Shown here piece by piece: positions 18,901-27,200 of a stretch of 64,000 bases of DNA (positions within the stretch are counted from its first letter, which is position 1; each line of letters opens with the position of its first letter). The stretch covers positions 96,001-160,000 of the forward strand of contig OZ220741.1 in assembly GCA_965116885.1 (NCBI GenBank), given 5' to 3'. Source of the DNA: Candidatus Latescibacterota bacterium (GTDB lineage Bacteria > Latescibacterota > UBA2968). The translations under genes were made by a program, and so were the position numbers. The notes under the pieces are model-generated. The model had not been told where the DNA came from. It made no database searches and saw nothing but the letters and a program-made list of their open reading frames with translations.

Positions 18901-21127
18901 CCTGGCGGTATTCCGTCCGGCCATGACCATCCGGCTGGAGGAGGAAAGGCGCGGCTTTGCCACCGCCGACTTTGCACCACTCGATTTCCACTACAAAGGA
19001 CAAGTACTACAGATCCATGTGATGGTGGAATTCGCGCAACGGGGTCTCAACAACATGGCCGATGCTCTGCGTTTAGCGATTGACTACTTCAGTCTTAAGC
19101 AGGAGGATTTCCTTCGCCGTTGGCTACCAGATCGGGATAAGGAAATTGCGAGAGAGACCACGCCCGAATCGTGGCGAGCCATCGTCGAAAGTCTGAAAAA
19201 TCCTATCCAGCAGCGCATCGTCGCGGATGATCGGGAGCAGACGAACGTGCTGGTGCTCGCCGGTCCCGGCTCCGGTAAAACGCGCGTGCTGGTGCATCGC
19301 ATCGCCTACCTCATACGCGCAAGGCGCGAAAATCCCCGCGGTATTCTGGCCCTGGCCTATAACCGACACGCGGCGGTCGAGATCCGGCGACGCCTCATAG
19401 ATTTGATCGGCGACGACGCCCGCGGGGTAACCGTGCTCACCTGTCACGCGCTGGCCATGCGACTGGTCGGTGTCAGCTTTCAAGATAGAGAACGCCAGCT
19501 ACTCGACGACGATGCATTCCGAGAGGTTTTGCGCCAGGCAACGGCACTGCTGCGCGGCGAGGGGCTGGAGCCGGAAGAAGCAGACGATCAGAGAGAACGG
19601 CTCCTCGCGGGTTTCCGCTGGATTCTGGTAGATGAATACCAGGACATTGGCGCAGATCAATACGAGTTGATATCCGCTCTGGCCGGACGAACCCTGAAAG
19701 ATGAAGATCGCAAGCTCACCCTCTTCGCAGTAGGCGACGACGATCAGAATATCTACGCCTTCAACGGTGCTTCGGTGGAGTTCATCCGTCGTTTCGAAGC
19801 GGATTACGGGCCAAAGCCCACCTACCTGATCGACAACTATCGCTCCACTGACCACATCATCGCAACGGCCAACGCGCTGATCAACCCAGCGCGCCAACGG
19901 ATGAAGACCGGACATCCCATCCGCATTGACCGGGCGCGTGCGAAGAATCCGCCCGGCGGCGACTGGGATGCGCTGGACCCGATCTCTCGCGGTCGAGTCC
20001 AGATTCTATCTACCTGGCGCGATCCGATCTCGCAAGCGCAGGTCGCAATGGCGGAGTTACAGCGTCTCGCCGCACTCTCTCCGAATTGGGATTGGTCCAC
20101 ATGTGCGGTGATCGCCCGCGAGTGGAAATATTTGGATCCGGTACAAGCGTTTTGCGAAGTCCACCATATCCCGGTGCAAATGGGAAACGAAGAAATCCCG
20201 AGCTTTTGGCACCTGCGGGAAACCCGGAAATTTGTTGAATGGCTACGTGGACGAGATACCCGCCTGGTAGAAGGTGCGGATCTGAGCAATTGGGCAGATG
20301 CACATCCTTCAGGACCCTGGATTGAGCTACTGCAGCAAGCCCTGGAGGAGCACACCCTGGAAACCGGTGGCGCGGAAGTACCGGTGGACCACTTCATCGA
20401 GTGGCTGGCCGAGTGGGGGCGAGAGATACGCCGCCGCCAGCGCGGACTCTTGCTGTTGACCGCGCACCGTGCCAAAGGATTGGAGTTTGATCACATAGCA
20501 GTACTAGACGGAGGCTGGAACAAAGTCGATAGGGGCGAAGATCCGGACGCACCGCGCAGACTCTACTACGTAGCCATGACGCGCGCCCGACAAACTCTTG
20601 CGCTCGTGCGTTTTCAAGGATCGCGCCCGGCAGGAGGTACACGACCGAATTTCGTAATGGAGTCTGAACCCCCGGTGTACGGACGCTTGCACTCGCTACC
20701 TTATGCCTTTCCAAACAACGGCTCGGTTCTGCACCGCACATCCGGTGACTCGCAACCGGAAACCCTGGAACTCGCACGTCAATATCGGCGGCCCAGTCTG
20801 CGCGAAGTCAATCTGGGATTCGCAGGGCGTTACTACACCAACCATCCAGTCCATCGCGCGATAGCTGCCCTGTCGCCCGGCGATCCGATAGAGACGCGGA
20901 TTGCCAAAACTGGCTCCTGGGAATTGCTGAACCAGTCAGGGATGGTGGTGGGGCGTCTTGCTCAGGCGTTTGAACCCCCACCGGGAATGCGGTGCAGGTC
21001 TTCCACAGTCTTCGCCATCGTGGATTGGAGTCGCGAAGCATCGGAACCGCAGTACCGCGATCACGCGAAATGCGATGCCTGGGAGGTTGTGGTGCCGGAG
21101 TTGGTGTTCGAACCGGAGCGCGAGTAG
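15950..21127 (+). CDS. Fusion of DEDD-exonuclease-like domain, RecQ (SF2) helicase and UvrD (SF1) helicase, 1725 aa
   Basis: Exonuclease: LDLE, GHNLIAFD, VDTL, DPELD. RecQ: LPTGTGKSLCYQ, DEAHCLSKWGH.FRPDY, LTATA, ATNAFGMGIDKPDVR, QEAGRAGRD. UvrD: LAGPGSGKT, VDEYQD, VGDDDQNIY, NYRS, TAHRAKGLEFD, RRLYYVAMTRAR. Confidence 0.93.
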   Translation: MDIAMVPGLSPNFLSLDLEVSKQDHRIRAFAAVRTDVDQPLVFHGGDLTAALEKLDDFADGADFLLGHNLIAFDLPYLKAAKSDLRILKLPPVDTLRLNPLAFPRNPYHHLVKHYQDGQLKRGRLNDPELDARLALEVFDSQQTALRDAPLSLLAAWHWLTGTGPGSAGFDAVFATIRYSPRPTEAAANAAIRERLAGIACQNRGQEILKNATQSGWPLAYALAWLSVSGGNSVMPPWVRHQFPEAGKLVRQLRDMPCGESDCDWCGERHNPRKELKRWFGFDDFRSEPKDEEGRPLQQTIVEAAMVGEHILGILPTGTGKSLCYQIPALSRYDKTGALTVVISPLVALMADQVAGLEAHGIGSCVAINGLLSMPERADALDRVRLGDAGILIISPEQLRNRSLHRVLDQREIGVWVLDEAHCLSKWGHTFRPDYRYIGRVIRKKAGQDPIPPVLCLTATAKPDVVADIKQYFQDELGIRLKVFDGGSHRTNLEFIVVPTTGGEKFSHIHQILMADLPPDMPGGAIVYCATRRQTEEVAKFLQDKEIAADYFHAGLQPETKKNVQQCFISGELRVIAATNAFGMGIDKPDVRLVIHADIPGSLENYLQEAGRAGRDRQMARCVLLYTTDDVERQFGLSARSRLTRREIHGVLRALRNLDRKKRLDGEVVATAGEILSEDDEKVFERDSTTDDTRVRTAISWLEEAILLTRDENRVQVFPSSLRVDSVEEASSRLAKAPMTNNHRRRLLRIAETLIDADPDEGISTDELMGVSGLSAEGVRSALYDLERLGIASNDTALTAFVHAGVVRNSLKRFDEAAELETALIAQMREVAPDMGKGDTSILHLRVAAQTLRDEGVTDPLPERLWRILRSIANDGRGEEGDAGSLGVRRRDAETVQVMLRREWSDLEELASRRREGAKRLLDHLLACLPPGSRGLDLLAETTLGKLLEAITSDLFLESRNPEKLLDRALLWLHEQEIIRLNKGLAVFRPAMTIRLEEERRGFATADFAPLDFHYKGQVLQIHVMVEFAQRGLNNMADALRLAIDYFSLKQEDFLRRWLPDRDKEIARETTPESWRAIVESLKNPIQQRIVADDREQTNVLVLAGPGSGKTRVLVHRIAYLIRARRENPRGILALAYNRHAAVEIRRRLIDLIGDDARGVTVLTCHALAMRLVGVSFQDRERQLLDDDAFREVLRQATALLRGEGLEPEEADDQRERLLAGFRWILVDEYQDIGADQYELISALAGRTLKDEDRKLTLFAVGDDDQNIYAFNGASVEFIRRFEADYGPKPTYLIDNYRSTDHIIATANALINPARQRMKTGHPIRIDRARAKNPPGGDWDALDPISRGRVQILSTWRDPISQAQVAMAELQRLAALSPNWDWSTCAVIAREWKYLDPVQAFCEVHHIPVQMGNEEIPSFWHLRETRKFVEWLRGRDTRLVEGADLSNWADAHPSGPWIELLQQALEEHTLETGGAEVPVDHFIEWLAEWGREIRRRQRGLLLLTAHRAKGLEFDHIAVLDGGWNKVDRGEDPDAPRRLYYVAMTRARQTLALVRFQGSRPAGGTRPNFVMESEPPVYGRLHSLPYAFPNNGSVLHRTSGDSQPETLELARQYRRPSLREVNLGFAGRYYTNHPVHRAIAALSPGDPIETRIAKTGSWELLNQSGMVVGRLAQAFEPPPGMRCRSSTVFAIVDWSREASEPQYRDHAKCDAWEVVVPELVFEPERE

Positions 21128-21147
21128 CATACTAAAATCGGTTGATT

Positions 21148-21200
21148 TAGAATTTTCTCTTGATGATTTGACGTCTTAATGGTACACTTATAAAATTCTA
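21148..21200 (+). promoter_or_regulatory. sigma-70 promoter of vapBC, flanked by an inverted repeat
   Basis: TTGACG(21168)-N17-TAAAAT(21191); TAGAATTTT (21148-21156) and AAAATTCTA (21192-21200) form an inverted repeat. Confidence 0.7.
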
Positions 21201-21237
21201 CAGATTTGATTGAAAATGAATGGCAATGGAGTAAGCT

Positions 21238-21471
21238 ATGGAAACAAAAGTGAGTCAAATTCGCGTTAGCTCTGAAGAGGCTCAAGTCCATGAGATGGTT
21301 TCTGAGCCTGATAGCACATCAGACCTGCCCCCAAGCACCGCTATCATCTGGCAAGAATGGACACAAAAACGCGCCCAAGACGCGCCGACTCTTGAACAGA
21401 TCCAAGCAATCACGAAAAAAGTTAAACTCAATGTCACACAAACCATTCTGGAAGAACGCCGGAAATCGTAA
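21238..21471 (+). CDS. Putative VapB-type antitoxin
   Basis: 77 aa; GGAG RBS; TAATG overlap with the PIN toxin; C-terminal TQTILEER resembles VapB tails. Confidence 0.7.
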   Translation: METKVSQIRVSSEEAQVHEMVSEPDSTSDLPPSTAIIWQEWTQKRAQDAPTLEQIQAITKKVKLNVTQTILEERRKS

Positions 21472-21950
21472 TGCCCAGCTATCTTTTGGATGCCAGTGGT
21501 CTATGCAAGCGTTATTTTTTTAATGAAATCGGTGCAGACCTGATCAATGAGCTATTCAGGGATACGACCAGCACGCGCTATCTTCTCAATTTTACCATCC
21601 TCGAAATCCTTAACGCCATATATCGCGTACACCGGGAAGGACATCTGAATGATACAGAACGCGATGCCTTGATTTCAGCGTTCTACAAAGATATTTCCGA
21701 TGGCTCATTGCTCATCTACAGTGTTCATGATCTGCATATTTTTAGTGCAGAATCAACTATCCAGAGGGCACAAGCAATGTCGGTAACCAAGAAACGTCCC
21801 GGACCTATGGATGCCCTCATCGTGACCTGCACACAGGATTTCGACTTGACCGACTTGATACTTGTAAGCTCAGATATCGACCTGAATGCGTTAGCCCAAC
21901 AAGCCAACATTTCGACATTTGATCCTGAAAATCCTTTTTCATTACTTTGA
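21471..21950 (+). CDS. vapC: PIN-domain toxin (VapC family)
   Basis: YLLDASGLCKRY, TILE, MDAL and VSSD acidic PIN residues. Confidence 0.9.
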   Translation: MPSYLLDASGLCKRYFFNEIGADLINELFRDTTSTRYLLNFTILEILNAIYRVHREGHLNDTERDALISAFYKDISDGSLLIYSVHDLHIFSAESTIQRAQAMSVTKKRPGPMDALIVTCTQDFDLTDLILVSSDIDLNALAQQANISTFDPENPFSLL

Positions 21951-21964
21951 AACAGGAGTATAAT

Positions 21965-22756
21965 GTGAGCGCACCACCAATTCCAGAACGTCCACCCATC
22001 CCGGGTGTTAGACACATCGTCGCCATCGCCAGTGGCAAAGGCGGCGTGGGCAAAACCACGACCGCGTCAAATCTGGCTGTGGCAATGGCACAATCGGGAC
22101 ACGCGGTGGGATTGATGGACGCGGATATTTACGGACCCAATGTACCGATCATGATGGGCAGCAAAGCGCAGCCACAAATGACACCGGAACAAAAAATTGA
22201 ACCCCTTGAGCTGTACGGTGTAAAAATGGTATCTCTGGGACTAATTGCTGGCGATGGCGTACCCATAATCTGGCGTGGACCAATGTTGGCCAAGATGGTC
22301 ACCCAATTTGTGCGCGACGTGGCCTGGGCACCGCTCGATTGCCTCGTCATCGACTTGCCCCCGGGCACCGGCGATGTGCAACTGACCCTGACCCAATCGA
22401 CCCCTTTGGATGGCGCTGTCATCGTAACAACACCACCTCTCGTCGCCCTGGAAGATGTGCGGCGCGGCGTCGAAATGTTTCACACCGTTGAAGTACCCGT
22501 ACTCGGTATAATCGAAAACATGAGCACTTATATATGCAGCAAGTGCGGCACAGAAACGCCGATCTTTGGTCAGGGAGGCGGCGAGCGCACGGCAAAAGCC
22601 TATAGCGTGCCATTTTTGGGCGCGATTCCCCTGCATCTACAGGTACAAATGGGAAGTGATACGGGAGAACCAATTGTAGCCTCTGATCCCGACTCGCCTC
22701 TGGCACAGATATACCGCGGCATCGCCGACAGCATCTGGCGATCTCTGGAGATGTAA
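21965..22756 (+). CDS. mrp: Mrp/ApbC Fe-S cluster carrier ATPase
   Basis: SGKGGVGKTT, DADIYGP, WRGPM, DLPPGTGD, ENMS.Y.CxxC; AGGAG RBS upstream of GTG 21965. Confidence 0.95.
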   Translation: MSAPPIPERPPIPGVRHIVAIASGKGGVGKTTTASNLAVAMAQSGHAVGLMDADIYGPNVPIMMGSKAQPQMTPEQKIEPLELYGVKMVSLGLIAGDGVPIIWRGPMLAKMVTQFVRDVAWAPLDCLVIDLPPGTGDVQLTLTQSTPLDGAVIVTTPPLVALEDVRRGVEMFHTVEVPVLGIIENMSTYICSKCGTETPIFGQGGGERTAKAYSVPFLGAIPLHLQVQMGSDTGEPIVASDPDSPLAQIYRGIADSIWRSLEM

Positions 22757-22782
22757 AAACTGCATCCACAATCGCGTATTAC

Positions 22783-22815
22783 AAAAAGGCGATCTTTATG
22801 CGAGCGCCTTTTTTT
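22783..22815 (+). terminator. Rho-independent terminator after mrp
   Basis: AAAAAGGCG...CGCCTTTTTTT. Confidence 0.7.
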
Positions 22816-22824
22816 ATTTCTCCC

Positions 22825-22853
22825 TTGAAAACTATACACCCGTTCAGTATATT
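22825..22853 (+). promoter_or_regulatory. sigma-70 promoter of the RND genes
   Basis: TTGAAA-N17-TATATT. Confidence 0.55.
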
Positions 22854-22937
22854 TAATAATGTTTTCCGAAACCAGTCTTCCCACTGGTGCGTCAAAGGTC
22901 TTGTAGAATTCAGGCATACTCCAACCTGTGAGGATAA

Positions 22938-24188
22938 ATGATGTTGCAACGTGTATCGGTCATACTCGGAATTCTAATTGCTCTTTGGGCATTTTCGGGG
23001 TGCAGTGAGGAAGCCACTGCTGACAAGGCATCTGCTGATAGCAAGGCAAAGACCACTTCGGCCAAAGCTGATTCGGCCAAAGCTGACTCTGCCAAAGTTG
23101 CCGCAAATCAGAAAAAAAACAAACAACAGAATCCAAAGGCCAAAAAGCAACCAAATCCCAGGCGCCAAAATCAAAAACCGAGAGTCGCCGAAGGGGTCCC
23201 CGTAAAAGTATCTGTCGTGGGAACGGGCAAAATCTCCCAGCATGTGCTCTACAGCGCCACAGTAGAAGCCGAAGAAACCATTGATATTTACGCACGAGGT
23301 TCCGGGTTGGTGCGGCGCGTACTGACCGAAGAAGGGGAAAATGTGCGCGAGGGCCAGGTGCTGATCGAACTGGTTGACGACGAATTAAAACTCAACGAAG
23401 CCGAGGCAAAATTGGCGTATCAAAAATTGGAAGGTCAACTCAAGCGAAAAGAAGAGTTGTTTAATCGACAACTTTTGGCAAAAGAAGAATACGAAGACCT
23501 CAAGATCAATGTTGAACAGAGCAAAATTCGGTGGGAACGCGCCCGGTTATCCCTCGATTATGCGCGCGTGCGCGCGCCAGTAAGCGGAGTCATTTCAAAG
23601 CGCTCGGTCAAGCTGGGCGACCGCATTGGAGCCAGCACAAAGCTCTACGAAATGGTCAACTTGAGCCGCCTGATCGCATATGTACACGTACCGGGGCAAG
23701 GTATGAATAATTTGGCTGTTGGGCAGCCCGCACTCATAACAACAGATTTTTTGCCCGGTACAAAATTCCAGGGAAAGATATTGCGCATCAGTCCGGTAGT
23801 CGATCCGGAGACGGGCACTTTTAAGGTAACCCTGGAACTGAAATCAAAGAATCGGATGCTGCGGCCAGGCATGTTTGTCAACGCACACATCGTCACAGCG
23901 ACTCACCCCCAGGCTGTACTCGTACCCAAGCGAGCCGTGGTGTACGACGATGGCATGCCGCATGTATTTGTCGTATCGGACAGCACAGTCAACAAAGTGC
24001 GCTTTGAAATGGGTTTTGACGACACCGAATTTGTCGAGGTGCTCGCGGGCGTAAAAAAAGGCGACCAGATTGTAGTGGTAGGACAAAATGGTTTGAAGAA
24101 TAAAGCCAAAGTACGGATCATCGAAGGTGAAGGATTGCGCATTCCCGCAAAGCCCGACTCAACCGGGGAACAGGCGGAAAAGACGTAA
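22938..24188 (+). CDS. RND efflux periplasmic adaptor (membrane fusion lipoprotein)
   Basis: Lipobox FSGC, VRAPVSGVI, ISPVVDPETGTFKV, LRPGMFV. Confidence 0.93.
   Translation: MMLQRVSVILGILIALWAFSGCSEEATADKASADSKAKTTSAKADSAKADSAKVAANQKKNKQQNPKAKKQPNPRRQNQKPRVAEGVPVKVSVVGTGKISQHVLYSATVEAEETIDIYARGSGLVRRVLTEEGENVREGQVLIELVDDELKLNEAEAKLAYQKLEGQLKRKEELFNRQLLAKEEYEDLKINVEQSKIRWERARLSLDYARVRAPVSGVISKRSVKLGDRIGASTKLYEMVNLSRLIAYVHVPGQGMNNLAVGQPALITTDFLPGTKFQGKILRISPVVDPETGTFKVTLELKSKNRMLRPGMFVNAHIVTATHPQAVLVPKRAVVYDDGMPHVFVVSDSTVNKVRFEMGFDDTEFVEVLAGVKKGDQIVVVGQNGLKNKAKVRIIEGEGLRIPAKPDSTGEQAEKT
23058..23101 (+). repeat. 15-bp tandem coding repeat (SAKAD units)
   Basis: TCGGCCAAAGCTGAT TCGGCCAAAGCTGAC TCTGCCAAAGTTG in the adaptor linker. 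Confidence 0.8.
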
Positions 24189-24225
24189 TGAGGTATCTTT
24201 TGTTTACCTGTCGTTTTACGAAAAT

Positions 24226-24270
24226 AGCGAATCGCAGACTTTAATATGTGGGCGGTTCGCTGATTTTTTT
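24226..24270 (+). terminator. Terminator-like hairpin between adaptor and permease
   Basis: AGCGAATCGC...GCGGTTCGCT followed by GATTTTTTT. Confidence 0.5.
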
Positions 24271-24284
24271 ATGCGGAGTGATAC

Positions 24285-27200
24285 ATGCAGAACAACGTAG
24301 AATCGGAAACTCGGGATAATATAAAACGGAACTTTTCTCGCACATTTGAGATTACGACCCGGCGGCCCGTAGCGATTTTTATGGTCGTCCTGGCCGTTGC
24401 CGTATTTGGCTATGTATCTTATCAGCAACTACCGCTAAATATGATGCCCGACATTTCATATCCAACGCTAACAGTGCGTACCGAATATCCCGATACCGCA
24501 CCAGAGGAAGTTGAAAATTTGATCTCAAGGCCAATTGAACAGCGCCTGGGGGTGGTGAGCAACCTCGTAAGCATAACATCGATCTCCAGACCTGGCATGT
24601 CCGATGTGATTTTGGAATTTGGCTGGGACACCGATATGAATGACGCCGTGCAAACAGTGCGCGAAAACCTCGACCGCCTCAATTTGCCGCGCGGAGTCAA
24701 TCGCCCATTGATATTGCGCTACGATCCCACGCAAGACCCGATAATGCGCGTGGGGATTTACGGCAACGAGAATATGTACGTATTGCGCCATCTTGCCGAA
24801 GAAGAAATCAAGCAAGAATTGGAAGCACTCAAAGGCGTAGCTGCTGCGCGTGTGAAAGGTGGACTGGAAGAAGAAATTCGAGTTGAGATCAGCGAGCGGC
24901 AATTGGCACTGATGGGACTCAATATCAACACCATCAACCGGCGGTTGCAAGAGGAAAATGTCAACCTGGCCGGCGGCAGCTTGTTAGACGGACAGACACA
25001 GTACCTCGTGCGTACGCTGAATGAATTTCGCACCATAGACGAAATTGCCAACCTGGTAGTAGGCGACCGCAACAATATTGAAATTCGGGTAAAAGATGTG
25101 GGACAGGTTTATCGCACGCACAAAGAGCGGGAGATCATCACGCGGGTCAATGGTGTAGAAAGTGTAGAAATCGAAATTTTTAAGGAAGCCGACGCCAATA
25201 TCGTAGCGACAGCACAGCGCGTGCGCGACCGCTTGTTTGGCACGCCCGAACAATTGGCATACATAGAAAAACTCAAAGCGGGCGAAATTGAAGAAGCCAA
25301 AGCCAACGACCGGCGGGAACAGGTGCGGCAATTTGTGCAGATGAAAGAAATGACGAGTTTTATCGCTTTTACATTGCCCGAAGATGTGGCTATGGAACTG
25401 CTGTCCGATCAATCGACATTTATTGAATCATCGATCAACGAGGTCAAACAAACCGCGGTGGTGGGTGGGCTACTCGCGATACTGGTCCTGTACATCTTTC
25501 TTCGCAATCCGTCTCACACCGCTATTGTGGGACTCGCCATCCCGATTTCAATTGTGGCGACATTTGCCCCTATGAACATCTTTGGCGTATCCCTGAATAT
25601 CATGTCTCTGGGCGGGTTGGCTCTCGGTATTGGAATGCTGGTTGACAATGCCATTGTCGTATTGGAAAGCATTTTTCGATGCCGCGAAGAAGGCGACGAT
25701 ATGATTGCGGCCACCATCCGAGGGACCGGGGAAGTCGGCGGGGCGGTTTTTGCATCCACGCTGACAACTGTGGCAGTATTTTTTCCCATCGTATTTGTCG
25801 AAGGCGTAGCCGGGCAGATTTTTGGCGACATGGCACTAACCGTTGTTTTCTCACTCCTGGCATCTCTGGGCGTCGCACTATTTTTTATTCCCATGCTGGC
25901 TTCGCGGCAAGTGCATTTGTCACGCGGCGATGGCGAAGGGCAAGGTGGGCGTCTGATGCAGTCTGAAGTATTGCAACTGCGTTCGGTGGCGTGGTTACTC
26001 GAGGGCATGGGCCTGAAAAACAGGGACGAAAATGCACTTCAATATCACGCCATGAACTCTCGCACGCTGTTGATGCGCGTACCAATTGGCTTTATCTATT
26101 TGTTGGTCGAATACGTCATCCGCACATTGTGGCTTGCAAGTGTAATCGCACTCGTGGCACTCAAAGCTGTCTTTACCGTATTGGCGGTTCTCCTATACCC
26201 CATTATCTATCCCGGATGGGGATTTTATTCTTGGCTCGGTTCTGGACCATTATGGCGTCAGGAAATAAATCGCCTGTGGGGACCTTTATGCGCCTGGGCT
26301 GAGGACCGCGACCTGTTTGGCAAAGCATGGGTACGGATAATATGGGATAATTTGCTGGCATTTGTGACGCCCCAAAATTTGGGACGCGACCTGAGTGTGC
26401 AAACGAAATGGACAGGCAGGACATTGAAGCGTCTGTTCCGCTGGATTTTAAAACGCGCGATCTGGAAGCGCGTCCTGGAAATCGCACCCGTGCTCCTGGG
26501 CGCGGCAGGTGTTTTGTTGCTCTTTGTCCTCGGCGCAGTTTATTTTCTTCTTCGATTCCTGATCTTTACAACACTCATCTTAATCGGCAAAATACTAATT
26601 TTGACGCTCATGTTTGTGTTTTTAACCGGATTGGTTGCATTGCTGTTGGTCGCCCTTGTCCTGTTGCCCCTCCTCGCGCCAGTGCTATTTTTGTTTGAGC
26701 GCGGTTTTGCAACGATTCGGCGTGCTTACACGCCTTTTATCCGCTGGGCTTTGCACAACAGACTGAGCATTATAGCGGGTGCTGTGGTGCCTTTTGCGAT
26801 ATGCTGGATGGTCTTGTTGCCCCGATTGGGCAATGAATTGATCCCACAGGTACATCAGGGCGAATTTAATGTGGATATTGGTTTGCCCGTGGGCACGCCG
26901 CTCGAAATGACCGACGAAACCCTGAAACTCATCGAATCGCGGGTGATGAATGCATATGATGTGGGCGCGGTTTCTTCGACAGTCGGCGTGGATAAAACCG
27001 ATATCGCATCGTCTGATCAAGGCGAGCACACCGGGGTTGTTTCCGTGGTACTCGAGGATATCGAAACAGAGGGACGAGAAAATGTACTGGCGAGTTGGGG
27101 ACAAGACCTGCTGACATTGCCCACACGTATTTGGGGCGGCATCAGTGGGGAAAGTGTTTTGGCACAGCGCGAAGACGCATTGATGGCTGATTTGCGAAGC

